32,811 bases of DNA from the sequence record SRR22947727_2500; one strand, given 5' to 3'. The number at the start of each line of letters is the position of its first letter. The stretch's first letter is position 1. The translations under genes were made by a program, and so were the position numbers. Under the pieces are notes generated by a model that was not told the origin of the DNA, ran no database searches, and saw only the letters and a program-made list of their open reading frames with translations. Positions 18,235 through 29,466 of this stretch are shown in pieces.

Positions 18235-20534
18235 CAGAACCGCGTTGATAATGTGAACTCAAAATTATTCGCTTCATCAAATTCTTCTTTTTGGATCGCG
18301 CGCGTCCAATTAAACCGCAAAGGTCCGATCGGCGTGGCCCAAAACACAGTCGCGCCGGCAACTTGGCGCAGTATCGCAGCATTGTAATAGACTGTGTTTG
18401 CGCTGTCCGGGCTTGTCTCAACTGGTAAGCCCCAAAGACTGCCAGCATCGTAAAACACCCCGCCCGTAATCCCGTATTCTTCTGGAATTCCTATGGGAAA
18501 CTCGGCTTCAAACCGCGCAACGGCAAATTGTTCACCGCCTAAAGCATCATTGATGGTCCCAGAACCATCGCTGCTACGTTCGCGCGGACCGACCCCACCT
18601 GGGTTAAACCCACGCATAACCCGGCTGCCAAGCGCAAAACGATCGCTCACGCGGCTTTGACCCTTTGAATAACGTAAGTCCCCCGCTTCAAACGTGGCCG
18701 ATAACGTAACCTCTTCACCGAATGTTTTTTGTTCGCCCTGCAATTTCAAATTTGATTTAACGCTTGTTGTATCCCCTCCAAGCCCCGTGAAATCCTGGCT
18801 AAGCTGAAGCAACACTCCCGCTGTAGGGTTGAGACCAACGCGCCGCGTATCGTAACCGAATGTATACCCCACGCCTGAGGTATTGACCCTGCCCTGCTCA
18901 AATTCATCTCCGATGATTGAGGTCACGGTATCGCCTGACACTTCATCACTGGTGTACGTATAGCGAAGTCCAAAGCGAGAGAAATCACTTATCGGATAGC
19001 TTATGCCAGGTTGGAAATTCACAGATTTTGTATCATAGGTTGAATTTTGCTGATTGGTTTCTTCATAGGCCAAATTCAGCGAGAATTGCAGCTCATTGCC
19101 CAAAAAGGCGGGCTCGATAAAACCAAACGAATACGTTGTATTGTCAGAGCCACCTTGAATTTTAAAATTAAGCCCTTGACCACGGCCGATAAAGTTACGT
19201 TCACGATATTCGATAATACCGCCCAGGCCCAAAGCTGTAGAATACCCCGCCCCGAGAGACAGACTGCCTGTTGGTTTCTCACCCACCGCAAGGTCAATGA
19301 TCACCGTTTCAGGCTTATTCCCTGCGCGTGTTGACACGTTCACGGGATCAAAAAATCCCAAACGGCGAATGCGATCTACAGCTGCCCTGAGCGCGCGCGG
19401 ATTAAAAGGATCTCCTTCCACAGCGCGAAATTGTCGACGGATGACGTTATCCAAAGTAGACGTATTTCCAGACACATTGATGCGTTCGATAAAGATCCGC
19501 TTGCCACGGTCCAAAACAAAGGTCACATCAAGTGTGCGCGTTGTATCATTACGCTTCAAGCGCGGCGTCACGCGTAAAAAATCTACGCCCTCCATCACCG
19601 CCAAACGCTCCAAACGCGCAATATCATCCTCAACAGCCAAAGGCGAATAGATCACAGACGGTTTAAGCGTTAACGCCTCTGAAAAAACCGTTTCATCAAC
19701 ATCCGAGCGCTCGGAGACAAGAGCCACCGCGCCAACGTTAAACTGTTGGCCTTCTTGTATGTTGAAGGTGATGAAATATCCGTCGCGCTCTTCAGAGAAC
19801 TCTGCATTCACCCCATTGATCACAAAGTCGACAAACCCCCGCGATTGATAAAAATCGGTCAATACCTGCTTATCAAATTCAATCCGATCTTCGATAAACG
19901 TATCTCTTTGCACCAACAATCGAAGCAATCCAGCCTGTTTTGTATTCAAAACATTGCGCAGCTTGCGATCGCTATAGGATTTATTGCCAACAAAGCCGAT
20001 GCGTTCTATCTCAACAACGCCACCTTCAAAAATCTCAAAGACCAGGTTCACACGATTGTCTGGCAAGCGAATGATTTTGGGCGTTACCCGCGACGCCAAG
20101 CGCCCCATATCCGCGTAAGCTTGAGCGATGCGCTCTTTGTCTTCTTCAACCTTCATCGGGTTGAACACCCGCCGTGATTTTGCGCTGACAATTTGCGCAA
20201 GCACATCGTCTTTCAGCTTATCATTGCCCTCAAAAGCCACCTTGCTGATCGTCGGATATTCCTGCACCTTAATGACCAATCGGCGCCCCTGCGGAATGAA
20301 TTCGATATCTTCAAACAAACCAGAGTCCGCCACCTCTTGATAAGCCGCGCTTATTTCAGAGGCCGAAACAGTTTTCCCAATCGAAAGATTGGCATAGCTG
20401 ATAATCGTTGACGTTTCTATCCTGCGATTACCATCCACTTCGATTGAAGAAAAGTTAAACTCTTGAGCCCAGACAGTCGATCCGATGCTAATGATTGCCG
20501 CAATAAAAATTCCAAAAAATCGCTTCATCTTCAT
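18234..20534 (-). CDS. bamA: Outer-membrane protein assembly factor BamA
   Basis: POTRA repeats (GNRRIE, GNTSTLDNVIRR), MRGF loop motif, TPIGPLRF, terminal Phe. Confidence 0.97.
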   Translation of the reverse strand: MKMKRFFGIFIAAIISIGSTVWAQEFNFSSIEVDGNRRIETSTIISYANLSIGKTVSASEISAAYQEVADSGLFEDIEFIPQGRRLVIKVQEYPTISKVAFEGNDKLKDDVLAQIVSAKSRRVFNPMKVEEDKERIAQAYADMGRLASRVTPKIIRLPDNRVNLVFEIFEGGVVEIERIGFVGNKSYSDRKLRNVLNTKQAGLLRLLVQRDTFIEDRIEFDKQVLTDFYQSRGFVDFVINGVNAEFSEERDGYFITFNIQEGQQFNVGAVALVSERSDVDETVFSEALTLKPSVIYSPLAVEDDIARLERLAVMEGVDFLRVTPRLKRNDTTRTLDVTFVLDRGKRIFIERINVSGNTSTLDNVIRRQFRAVEGDPFNPRALRAAVDRIRRLGFFDPVNVSTRAGNKPETVIIDLAVGEKPTGSLSLGAGYSTALGLGGIIEYRERNFIGRGQGLNFKIQGGSDNTTYSFGFIEPAFLGNELQFSLNLAYEETNQQNSTYDTKSVNFQPGISYPISDFSRFGLRYTYTSDEVSGDTVTSIIGDEFEQGRVNTSGVGYTFGYDTRRVGLNPTAGVLLQLSQDFTGLGGDTTSVKSNLKLQGEQKTFGEEVTLSATFEAGDLRYSKGQSRVSDRFALGSRVMRGFNPGGVGPRERSSDGSGTINDALGGEQFAVARFEAEFPIGIPEEYGITGGVFYDAGSLWGLPVETSPDSANTVYYNAAILRQVAGATVFWATPIGPLRFNWTRAIQKEEFDEANNFEFTLSTRF

Positions 20535-20670
20535 TCCTTACTGTGACCTCAAAGTTAAACCCGCGGGTTGTCTTAGTGGTACCAAACATTCACAACAACT
20601 TCATCTTGAATTTGTGTAACGTGTATTTTTAAAAAACACCACATTTCTGCTCCCTTTTTTCGCGGATATT

Positions 20671-22014
20671 TTAGGGGCAAAGCAGATCATTTCCGAGGGC
20701 AAACACCATAAAGCCCAGCACCAAAGCCAAGCCAATCGTCATCAATACATTTAAGGCATAGGCACTTGGAGGGCGGCCGATAACCGCCTCAAAAGCAAAA
20801 AACACCAGATGCCCACCATCCAAAACTGGAACAGGAAACAAGTTGATCAATCCCACCGCAGCAGAGAGTACAGCGATAAACCAAATGAAACTATCGCCTC
20901 CCTGCCGCGCCATCTGACCCGAGGTTTCAGCGATACCAATCGGTCCTGAAAGGTTACAGCTGCTTATTGCCCCTGTCACAACATGATAAAAACCAGAAAG
21001 CGAGCCTTTCATTACGCGCCAAGTTGCGTCTGCCCCAGATGTTACGGCGGATGCGAAAGGAAGCGTGCTGGTTTGTGGTTCAAAAAAGAACCCTCCTCCC
21101 ATCACGCCGATGCGCCATTGCGCGCTAAAGCCTTCGTCGGTTTGTTCATCTACCCGCCGTGGGGTTAGAGATAGCTGGCGCGTCGCGCCTGCGCGCCACA
21201 CTTCAACGGCCAAAGCTTCTCCAGCAGATCCTTCCACCGCTTGCTTTAAACTATCAAACGTTAAAATTGAGGCGCCATCAATGCGAGTGATGACATCGCC
21301 CGATCGCAAGTCGGCCTGCGCTGCCGCCGAGCGTGGCACCACCGCAGACACGCGCGCAATATTTATGTTTGGGCCTGGCAAAGCCAGCTCTTGTTCATTT
21401 CGCCGAATGATAAATTCATAGGTTTCCGCATCTGATAGGTTTGACCAAAAACTAGACAGAGCCGTTTCATCTGCAAAATCGGGAACGGTTTGTCCATCGA
21501 TTGCCAACACGATATCCCCGACTTGCATTTGATGCGCATACGGGATCTCATACAGCGACCCGATGCTCAGCGGTGATCGAACTTGCCCCTGCCAAAGCGC
21601 AATTGCAGAAAACAAAATAAGCGATAATGCAAAATTGAACACAGGGCCCGCTGCGACCGTTGCGGTACGCGCCCAGAGCGGCGCTCCATGCATCGTTTGG
21701 CGACGTTGCTTTTCATCCAAACGGCTCAAACGATCGCTGTCTGCCCCGCTGGCAGCGTCTTTATCGCCTTTAAATTTGACATAACCGCCAAACGGAATCA
21801 GCGCAAATTGCCAACGCGTGCCGCGTCTGTCGACCCGAGACACAATAACCGGACCAAACCCAAGCGAAAAGACATCGGCCTCGATCCCACTCCAGCGGCC
21901 GACAATGTAATGACCATATTCATGCACTGCCACAATGACTGACAACGCGACAAAAAACGCCGCCAAAGTGACAATTAAACCACCAAAGGCGGGAACCAAT
22001 GAAAATACGTCCAA
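20671..22014 (-). CDS. rseP: RIP metalloprotease RseP
   Basis: HEYGH, AGPVFNF, PDZ region, NLFPVPVLDGGH; TTG start. Confidence 0.95.
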   Translation of the reverse strand: MDVFSLVPAFGGLIVTLAAFFVALSVIVAVHEYGHYIVGRWSGIEADVFSLGFGPVIVSRVDRRGTRWQFALIPFGGYVKFKGDKDAASGADSDRLSRLDEKQRRQTMHGAPLWARTATVAAGPVFNFALSLILFSAIALWQGQVRSPLSIGSLYEIPYAHQMQVGDIVLAIDGQTVPDFADETALSSFWSNLSDAETYEFIIRRNEQELALPGPNINIARVSAVVPRSAAAQADLRSGDVITRIDGASILTFDSLKQAVEGSAGEALAVEVWRAGATRQLSLTPRRVDEQTDEGFSAQWRIGVMGGGFFFEPQTSTLPFASAVTSGADATWRVMKGSLSGFYHVVTGAISSCNLSGPIGIAETSGQMARQGGDSFIWFIAVLSAAVGLINLFPVPVLDGGHLVFFAFEAVIGRPPSAYALNVLMTIGLALVLGFMVFALGNDLLCP

Positions 22015-22032
22015 ACTTCTATCCTGTCAGAT

Positions 22033-23202
22033 TTACATTAAATGTTGAATTTTTGTGTTAGCTTCCATGCGCCCGATTTGATCCATCTGAAGAATATTTT
22101 CCAGCGACGGCTCTGAAAGCGGTGTATTGGATCCGCCAAACACCGCATCCAACACGCTTCGAACCACATCAGTCATCACCAGAAATCCAATTTTTCTATC
22201 AATGAACGCATCCAATGCAACCTCTTTGGCCGCGTTATACACCGCCCCCGACAACCCCCCAATATCCAGCACCTCATAGGCCAGTGCCAAAGCAGGGTAT
22301 TTCTTAAAATCAGGCGCTGAAAATTCCAAGCTGCCAATTTCCGCAAGGTTCAAGCGCTCAATCGGCAGGGCTTTGCGATGCGGGTGATAGAGTGCATAGC
22401 CTATCGCGTGCCGCATATCAGCCGGCCCGACATGCGCCATCAACCCGCCATCATGAAAGCCAACCAAAGCATGCACCAATGACTGCGGATGGATCAGCAC
22501 TTCAATTTGGCCCGAGTTCAAATCAAAAAGTTCCTTTGCTTCAATTATTTCCAGGGACTTATTGAACATGGAGGCGCTGTCAATCGTAATCCTTTGCCCC
22601 ATATTCCAATTCGGATGGGTTGCGGCTTGCTCTGGTGTCGCCCGCGCCAAATCGTCATAGCTCCAATCTCGAAATGCTCCGCCAGATGCGGTCAATATCA
22701 CCCGCTCAACAGTATCGCGGCCTTCCCCCATCAAAGCCTGAAACACCGCAGAATGCTCGCTGTCCACAGGCAACAAAGCCACGTTATTCTGAGCCGATGT
22801 TTTGCGCATTAAGGCACCAGCTGCCACCATACTTTCTTTATTGGCCAAAGCCAGATCCGCCCCCGCCTGCATAGCCCGCAACCCCGGTTCAAGGCCTGCC
22901 GCGCCAACAATTGCCGACATCACCCAATCTGCGCTCTGATCGGCGGCCTCTAATAAGGCATTATGTCCGGCCGCTGCTTGTACTTTTGTTCCGGCCAGAG
23001 CCTCTTTCAGAGCAAGATATTGCTCATCAAAGGCTGTTACCGCGACCTGAGCTCCGGTGGAAATTGCATCTTGCGCAAGTTGCGCAATATTCCGCCCGCC
23101 AGATAACGCAAGAACGTCAAAATTTTCACGGTCACGTTTCACGAGATCAAGCGTGCTTTGCCCAATTGAACCCGTTGCGCCAAATACGCTAATTCGTTTC
23201 AT
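22033..23202 (-). CDS. dxr: 1-deoxy-D-xylulose-5-phosphate reductoisomerase
   Basis: GATGSIG, LANKES, PVDSEH, LTASGG, HPNWNMG. Confidence 0.97.
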   Translation of the reverse strand: MKRISVFGATGSIGQSTLDLVKRDRENFDVLALSGGRNIAQLAQDAISTGAQVAVTAFDEQYLALKEALAGTKVQAAAGHNALLEAADQSADWVMSAIVGAAGLEPGLRAMQAGADLALANKESMVAAGALMRKTSAQNNVALLPVDSEHSAVFQALMGEGRDTVERVILTASGGAFRDWSYDDLARATPEQAATHPNWNMGQRITIDSASMFNKSLEIIEAKELFDLNSGQIEVLIHPQSLVHALVGFHDGGLMAHVGPADMRHAIGYALYHPHRKALPIERLNLAEIGSLEFSAPDFKKYPALALAYEVLDIGGLSGAVYNAAKEVALDAFIDRKIGFLVMTDVVRSVLDAVFGGSNTPLSEPSLENILQMDQIGRMEANTKIQHLM

Positions 23203-23990
23203 CCGAAACTCATGAACATATTGGCCGCAGCAAATACGATTGTGGCGCCTACCAAACCGTCAAAACGGTCCAAAAAGCCGCCATGCCCGGGCAAGAGGCT
23301 TGAGCTGTCTTTTTGATCTGCCCCGCGCTTTAAGGCGCTTTCTCCAATATCCCCGATTTGCGATGCAAAGGCCAAAGTCACCGAGAAAAAAATTGCAAAC
23401 CCTGCAGATAGCGGCAAAAATCCGTAAGACACCCAAAACCATCCACAAATGCCAGAAGCAAGCCAGCCCGCCAAAATACCAGACCATGTTTTTTTGGGGC
23501 TAACGCTCGGCCAAAATTTGGGGCCCTTAATGACACGCCCAGCAAAATAACCCAAAACATCCGTCAAAACCACGATCGAGATCAACCATAATATCATCTC
23601 CAAACCCGATGATGCGCGCAGCGCAACCAGATAAAAGACGGTCATGAATATGCAAACAGACGCCAACGCGCCCTGCCATTTTAGGCGAAAATATAAACCA
23701 GCCTGACAGGCTGCCCCTAAGCCCAAATAAATTATTCCTTTTACGCTATCAGGATTGCGCAAAACCAATATCAGCGTCAGCACCGCTATGGTTCCGCTGA
23801 CGGCTCCTACCTGCTTTGAAATGGGCGTCAACATATGCGCCAATTCCCAATGCATAACGAATAAGATCACAGTCAGAAGCAGCGTGAACACAAAGTCTCC
23901 GCTCCACAGCGCAAAGCCACAAACAAGGAGTAAAATAACCGCAGAGGCCAGCCGCAGAGGCAAATCAGCCCAAGCAGTGCTGGAAGTCAT
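23199..23990 (-). CDS. cdsA: Phosphatidate cytidylyltransferase
   Basis: Polytopic membrane protein with SPKKTWSG and GDIGESALKR...KDSSSLLPGHGGFLDRFDG. Confidence 0.95.
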   Translation of the reverse strand: MTSSTAWADLPLRLASAVILLLVCGFALWSGDFVFTLLLTVILFVMHWELAHMLTPISKQVGAVSGTIAVLTLILVLRNPDSVKGIIYLGLGAACQAGLYFRLKWQGALASVCIFMTVFYLVALRASSGLEMILWLISIVVLTDVLGYFAGRVIKGPKFWPSVSPKKTWSGILAGWLASGICGWFWVSYGFLPLSAGFAIFFSVTLAFASQIGDIGESALKRGADQKDSSSLLPGHGGFLDRFDGLVGATIVFAAANMFMSFG

Positions 23991-24712
23991 GTTGAAACGC
24001 CCCCATATCGCCGAGAGCGGCCCACGTAGTTATCCAACGTTTGCTTAAACGTTTCTTTGTTGAAATCTGGCCAAAGAGTATCAATAAACTCATATTCGGC
24101 ATAGGCCGATTGCCACAGCAAAAAGTTAGAAATACGCGCCTCGCCCGACGTTCTGATGACCAAATCGGGATCAGGCAAAACATAGGTATCCAAATATTTT
24201 GGCAGCGTTTCCTCATCAATGGTTTTTGGGTCAAGGCTGCCCTTTTGCACATCATATGCTAATCGCTTAGTGGCACGAGCCACCTCATCACGGCCGCCGT
24301 AATTGAGCGCGATGGTCAAATGAACAAGATCATTTTCACTTGTCAACAGCTCTAATTCATCCATGAGATCGACGAGTTTGTTGTCGAGGCGGCGCCTGTC
24401 ACCTATAAAACGAACCCGCACCATCTCTTTTTTCAAATTCTGTGCTTCGCGTTGGATATAGCGCCGAAACAAACTCATCAAACCTGACACTTCGGATTGC
24501 GTACGTTTCCAATTTTCGGTTGAAAATGCAAAAATCGTTAAATACTTAACGCCCACACTAGGACAGCTTTCTACGATTTCACGAACCCGGCGTGCGCCGG
24601 CGTAGTGCCCAAGTAAACGCGGTCTTTTACGCAGCTCGGCCCAGCGGCCATTCCCATCCATGATGATCGCGACATGGGCAGGGCCTTGGTTTTGCAAGAA
24701 ATCCTTAGACAT
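23987..24712 (-). CDS. uppS: Undecaprenyl diphosphate synthase
   Basis: IIMDGNGRWA, FSTENWKR, NYGGRDE, RTSGEARISNFLLWQ. Confidence 0.97.
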   Translation of the reverse strand: MSKDFLQNQGPAHVAIIMDGNGRWAELRKRPRLLGHYAGARRVREIVESCPSVGVKYLTIFAFSTENWKRTQSEVSGLMSLFRRYIQREAQNLKKEMVRVRFIGDRRRLDNKLVDLMDELELLTSENDLVHLTIALNYGGRDEVARATKRLAYDVQKGSLDPKTIDEETLPKYLDTYVLPDPDLVIRTSGEARISNFLLWQSAYAEYEFIDTLWPDFNKETFKQTLDNYVGRSRRYGGVST

Positions 24713-24722
24713 CTTTGCTCAA

Positions 24723-25286
24723 TCACACCTGCATTATTTCGGTTTGCTTTTTTTCAAGAGACGTATCGACGGCTTTAATCATCGTGTCTGTTAGGCTTTG
24801 AACCTCATCTTCCCAAAACTTTTGATCATCCTCAGACAGACCATCGGATTTGGCTTTTTTCACCTGATCCATACCATCTCTGCGGATATTGCGCACCGCA
24901 ACCCGTGCATGCTCGGCGTATTGCGCCGCGACACGGGTCAATTCTTTACGCCGCTCTTCATTCAATTCCGGGATTGGCAACATGATAATCGTGCCATTTA
25001 ACTGCGGATTTATACCAAGACCACTTTCACGGATAGATTTTTCAACGGCATTCACCATCGATTTATCCCATACGTTGATCGTTACCATGCGCGGTTCGGG
25101 CACATTCACGGTGCCAACCTGATTGATCGGCGTTCTTTGCCCGTAGGCTTCAACTGTAATTGGCTCAAGCATTGAAGCCGAGGCCCGGCCCGTACGCAGC
25201 GACGCAAATTCTGTGCGCAGAGCCCCCAGAGCCCCATCCATACGACGCTGTAAATCATCTGTATCTAAAATAAAATCGTCTGCCAT
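24723..25286 (-). CDS. frr: Ribosome recycling factor
   Basis: [31 protein letters not shown]. Confidence 0.97.
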   Translation of the reverse strand: MADDFILDTDDLQRRMDGALGALRTEFASLRTGRASASMLEPITVEAYGQRTPINQVGTVNVPEPRMVTINVWDKSMVNAVEKSIRESGLGINPQLNGTIIMLPIPELNEERRKELTRVAAQYAEHARVAVRNIRRDGMDQVKKAKSDGLSEDDQKFWEDEVQSLTDTMIKAVDTSLEKKQTEIMQV

Positions 25287-25352
25287 GCCCTAAACTCGTT
25301 ATTTATGTTACACCGCAAGCTGGCGGTTCCGCATCTTAAAAGTCTTGTAACC

Positions 25353-26084
25353 CTAATCAGACACTTTTGTATAGAGACCTTCTCCGGCGAGTATTCCCTT
25401 GAAACCACCGGGTTCATCTAAGGAAAACACAATAATCGGCAGATTATTATCCCGAGCAAGCGCGATTGCACTTGCATCCATCACCGCCAAATGCTTCGCC
25501 AAAACATCATCATATGTGATATCTGTATAACGTTTTGCATCAGAAAATTTAACAGGGTCTTTATCATACACACCGTCCACTTTTGTGCCTTTTAAAATAA
25601 CCTCACAGGCCATTTCGGTTGCGCGCAAAGTCGCAGCTGTATCCGTGGTGAAATAGGGGTTGCCCGTTCCGGCGGCAAATATACAAACGCGCGATTTCTC
25701 AAGGTGGCGAACCGCGCGGCGGCGGATATAGGGCTCACACACTTGGTCCATCGGTATTGCACTCACCACGCGCGTAAACACCCCCAGCCCCTCGAGCGCG
25801 CTTTGCATCGCCAAGGCGTTCATCACGGTGGCAAGCATGCCCATATAATCGGCGGTCGTCCGCTCCATACCCTGCGCGCTGCCCTGAAGGCCGCGAAAGA
25901 TATTTCCACCACCAATCACCATGCAAATTTCAACCCCCATATCATGCACTGATTTGACTTCTTGGGCGATGCGTTCAACGGTGGGCGGATGCAAACCAAA
26001 CCCGGTTTCTCCCATCAATGCTTCACCTGAAATTTTTAACATGACACGTGAATAAGTTGTTTGGGACGGTGTGGCCTCGGTCAT
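25353..26084 (-). CDS. pyrH: UMP kinase
   Basis: [32 protein letters not shown]. Start moved to ATG 26084, downstream of AAAGGAG. Confidence 0.97.
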   Translation of the reverse strand: MTEATPSQTTYSRVMLKISGEALMGETGFGLHPPTVERIAQEVKSVHDMGVEICMVIGGGNIFRGLQGSAQGMERTTADYMGMLATVMNALAMQSALEGLGVFTRVVSAIPMDQVCEPYIRRRAVRHLEKSRVCIFAAGTGNPYFTTDTAATLRATEMACEVILKGTKVDGVYDKDPVKFSDAKRYTDITYDDVLAKHLAVMDASAIALARDNNLPIIVFSLDEPGGFKGILAGEGLYTKVSD

Positions 26085-26215
26085 GTAACGGCTCCTTTGA
26101 CAAGCACAGATGAACATCAAATTGTATTAAGTGTATTTTTTTCTTCAATCACACATTCACTCGCGGAACAATAGCCGGTAAACCTGTGCCCAGGCGTAAA
26201 AGTGAAGCGATCCGG

Positions 26216-27112
26216 ATGAATAAGTTTACTCTGTCAGATATTGCCCAGCAAGCGGACACGTGCCCGATCTTGATTGCCGGCCCCACGGCCAGCGGCAAAT
26301 CTGCCCTCGCGATGGAAATAGCCGAGCGGTTTGGCGGCGCGATCCTCAACGCCGATGCATTTCAAATCTACAGCAACTGGCGAGTATTAACCGCTCGGCC
26401 TTCCAACGTCGATGAAGATAAAGCGCCACATTTTTTATACGGCCATATTGCACCCGACGCAGCCTATTCCGTGGGTCATTGGCTGGCAGAAATCACACCC
26501 TTGCTAAACGCGCCGCGGCGCCCAATCATAACCGGCGGCACAGGGCTTTATTTTCAAGCTTTGACAAAAGGTTTGGCAAATATTCCGGCCATTCCCCCAG
26601 AAATTCGCGAAGCTGCGGAAGAAGAAATAAGTAAGAATGGCTTTGGCTCGCTTCTCAGCGGGATTGATACCGCAACCAAAAACCAAATTGACTGCAAAAA
26701 CCCAATGCGCGTTCAAAGGGCTTGGGAAGTGCAGAAAGCCACCGGACGATCGATTGCCGTCTGGCAAGCCTCTACCCCCAAGCCGCTCTTGCCAGAAACG
26801 CGATGTATCACGCTTCTATGCGATGTTGATAGAGATTGGTTAAACCAGCGCATTCAAAACCGTTTTCACAAAATGATCGAGGAAGGCGCCTTGGAGGAAG
26901 CAGTGGCAAATCTTCCCAGTTGGAGCGCTGATTTGCCTGCCTCGCGCGCCATTGGAGCACGCCAATTAATCGCGCATCTGCGCGGAGAAATGTCGTTAAG
27001 CAAAGCGATCGAAGAGGCCACAATCGCAACCCGTCAATATGCCAAACGACAACGCACGTGGTTTCGCAGCAAAATGGATCACTGGAGCAGATGCGACCCA
27101 AGACAGCTTTGA
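26216..27112 (+). CDS. miaA: tRNA (adenosine(37)-N6)-dimethylallyltransferase
   Basis: GPTASGKS, GGTGLY, TRQYAKRQRTWFR. Start uncertain (ATG 26216 or GTG 26186). Confidence 0.95.
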   Translation: MNKFTLSDIAQQADTCPILIAGPTASGKSALAMEIAERFGGAILNADAFQIYSNWRVLTARPSNVDEDKAPHFLYGHIAPDAAYSVGHWLAEITPLLNAPRRPIITGGTGLYFQALTKGLANIPAIPPEIREAAEEEISKNGFGSLLSGIDTATKNQIDCKNPMRVQRAWEVQKATGRSIAVWQASTPKPLLPETRCITLLCDVDRDWLNQRIQNRFHKMIEEGALEEAVANLPSWSADLPASRAIGARQLIAHLRGEMSLSKAIEEATIATRQYAKRQRTWFRSKMDHWSRCDPRQL

Positions 27113-27275
27113 GCCGTATCGCCTTCGGTAAAGCGTCGCTTTCATCGCAGAAACCCGTTTATGGGCTTCTAAAACAGCCATTCACGAAACGCGACGCGCA
27201 ATTAATCTTTCCTTCACTGGTTTTGAATGTTCTAACCTGAATAAGATTGGTTTTAGATTCGACAGGAGAAACATC

Positions 27276-27779
27276 ATGGCGGGCTCGGTAAATAAGGTTA
27301 TTTTAATCGGAAATTTAGGCCGAGACCCCGAGGTGCGAAATTTCCCAAATGGAGGCAAAGTTTGCAACCTTCGCATCGCCACATCTGAAAATTGGAAAGA
27401 TCGAAACACCGGCGAGCGCCGCGAGAAAACGGAATGGCACAGCGTTGCGATCTTTTCAGAACCACTGGTGCGCGTGGCTGAGCAATATCTACGCAAAGGC
27501 TCTAAAATTTACATTGAAGGTCAATTGGAAACCCGAAAATGGCAGGATCAATCCGGCGCCGATCGTTATTCCACCGAGGTTGTGCTGCGCCCTTACCGCT
27601 CAGAGCTTACCATGCTTGACGGTCGCAGCGATAATGCTGGCGCCTCCGCTGGTTATGGCAGCATCGGCAATGACGATATGGGAAGTTATGACAGTGGCAC
27701 GCCCGCGAGCGGCGGCTATGCTTCGCCGCAAGGGCAACCCAGCCCGTCACGCGACCTGGATGATGAAATTCCCTTTTAA
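27276..27779 (+). CDS. ssb: Single-stranded DNA-binding protein
   Basis: [19 protein letters not shown], acidic DDEIPF tail; CAGGAG RBS. Confidence 0.98.
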   Translation: MAGSVNKVILIGNLGRDPEVRNFPNGGKVCNLRIATSENWKDRNTGERREKTEWHSVAIFSEPLVRVAEQYLRKGSKIYIEGQLETRKWQDQSGADRYSTEVVLRPYRSELTMLDGRSDNAGASAGYGSIGNDDMGSYDSGTPASGGYASPQGQPSPSRDLDDEIPF

Positions 27780-27790
27780 GATAGATATAT

Positions 27791-27814
27791 GCGCAGCCTT
27801 AAATTAGGCTGCAC
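27791..27814. terminator. Hairpin between convergent ssb and aroB, overlapping the aroB stop
   Basis: GCAGCCT-TAAATT-AGGCTGC, extendable by a G-U pair on the minus strand and followed there by AT-rich sequence. Confidence 0.5.
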
Positions 27815-28919
27815 GATCAGCCAGCGCATCTTTCAAAAGCCCAAGCAGCGCCGATTGTGGTACGTCAGACGTAAGGAAAGCCTGACCAATGCCTTTGGCA
27901 AGTATCAAGCGTAATGTGCCATCGAGCACCTTCTTATCTTGCAACATAAGATCCAAAAGCGCCTCTGCTGTGGGCAAATCGCCAGGAATATCTTTAAGAT
28001 CACATTTCATCCCCATCTGGCGGAGATGCGCCCGAACGCGGCTGGGATCTTCCTGAGAGCAAAGCTGCAATCGGCTTGACAGTTCAAATGCCAGCGCCGT
28101 GCCAATGGCAACTCCCTCACCATGCAGCAGACGCTGTGAATAGCCGGTTGCATTTTCCAAAGCATGACAGAACGTGTGCCCAAGATTGAGCAAAGCGCGA
28201 TCACCCTGCTCGGTTTCATCTCGCATCACGATATCGGCTTTCATTTGACACGATGTTCTAACGGCTTCCTCGCGCGCAACCTTATCGCCTGCAGCAATCA
28301 AAGGGCCGTTCACCTCGAGCCATTCGAAAAAATCAGCATTTCCAAGTAGCCCGTATTTTACAACCTCGCCATATCCGGCGATAAGATCGCGCTGCGGCAG
28401 GCTGTCGAGAATGCCGATATCTGCCAGAACCAAGCTGGGCTGATGAAATGCCCCGATTAGATTTTTGCCATGGCGGCTATTCACGCCGGTTTTACCACCC
28501 ACCGAGCTGTCAACTTGGGCCAATAAGGACGTTGGAATTTGGACGAAGCGGACACCTCTTCGTAAAATTGCGGCCGCGAAACCAACAAGATCGCCGATAA
28601 CGCCTCCGCCCAACGCGATAACCACGTCTTGACGCTCAATTTTTTGCGCAAGCAGCCAATCTACAGTGTCGCCCAGTTTAGCCCATGATTTGGTCGCCTC
28701 GCCTGCGGGCAGGTTCAGGCTCACGCAGTCGATGCCAGCGCCTGTTAACGTTCCTACCAAAGCATCAAGATGCAATGCACCGACCTGATCATCCGTGACA
28801 ATTGCCACTTTCATGCGATGCAATAAAGGGCGCAGCAGCGTTGCACAATCGTCTATAATGGCGGTGCCAATGACAATATCATAAGAGCGCGCGCCCAGAT
28901 CCACATGCACTTTACGCAT
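27804..28919 (-). CDS. aroB: 3-dehydroquinate synthase
   Basis: GGGVIGDL, PTSLLAQVDSSVGGKTG, LNLGHTFCHALE, HGEGVAIG. ATG 28919 overlaps the aroK end. Confidence 0.97.
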   Translation of the reverse strand: MRKVHVDLGARSYDIVIGTAIIDDCATLLRPLLHRMKVAIVTDDQVGALHLDALVGTLTGAGIDCVSLNLPAGEATKSWAKLGDTVDWLLAQKIERQDVVIALGGGVIGDLVGFAAAILRRGVRFVQIPTSLLAQVDSSVGGKTGVNSRHGKNLIGAFHQPSLVLADIGILDSLPQRDLIAGYGEVVKYGLLGNADFFEWLEVNGPLIAAGDKVAREEAVRTSCQMKADIVMRDETEQGDRALLNLGHTFCHALENATGYSQRLLHGEGVAIGTALAFELSSRLQLCSQEDPSRVRAHLRQMGMKCDLKDIPGDLPTAEALLDLMLQDKKVLDGTLRLILAKGIGQAFLTSDVPQSALLGLLKDALADRAA

Positions 28920-29466
28920 CGTTTTTTTCCTCAATAAGCTCTGGTTTCGTACGCAACGCCGCGATCACTTTCAACGCCATTTCATCAATTGAATTAAAAG
29001 CGTTTGATCGAAGCTCGATATCGGCCAAAGCATAAAAACTCTGGCGCTTGTCATAATAGGACTTCAACGTGGCAAAAGGATCAGATGTTTTCAAAAGCGG
29101 ACGGTTGCCTTTGTGACGGACGCGATTCCACAAAACATCCAAATCCACGTTTAACCAAACCGAAACGGCCTGCGCAGAGATCGCTGCTCGGTTTTGGTCA
29201 GAAATAAACGCCCCACCCCCGGTTGAAAGAACGCATAATTGGCTGCCAAGTAAGCGAGTGATGACTTGCGTTTCTTTCTTGCGGAAAAAAGCCTCTCCAT
29301 GGCGGTCAAAAATTTCTGAAATGGTAAGGTTGGCAGCCTTTTCAAGCTCTGAGTCTGAATCGAGAAAGGGCACCTTCAGCACCTGAGAAACGGCTTTACC
29401 AACCGCTGTTTTACCCGCCCCCATCATGCCAACAAAGACCAGAGGTTTTTTTAATATCAGCGCCAT
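28912..29466 (-). CDS. aroK: Shikimate kinase
   Basis: GMMGAGKT, DSD, GEAFFR, STGGG, RPLL. Start moved to ATG 29466, downstream of AAGGA. Confidence 0.96.
   Translation of the reverse strand: MALILKKPLVFVGMMGAGKTAVGKAVSQVLKVPFLDSDSELEKAANLTISEIFDRHGEAFFRKKETQVITRLLGSQLCVLSTGGGAFISDQNRAAISAQAVSVWLNVDLDVLWNRVRHKGNRPLLKTSDPFATLKSYYDKRQSFYALADIELRSNAFNSIDEMALKVIAALRTKPELIEEKNDA

Noticed and set aside
25286..25313. dif-like site (TTATGTTACAC at 25303-25313)
   Set aside because: Only a partial XerD arm, no XerC arm, and it sits in the frr translation-initiation region.
27200..27275. Alphaproteobacterial LexA box (GTTC-N7-GTTC) upstream of ssb
   Set aside because: Only a lone GTTC and a GATT-N7-GATT repeat are present; too degenerate to call.
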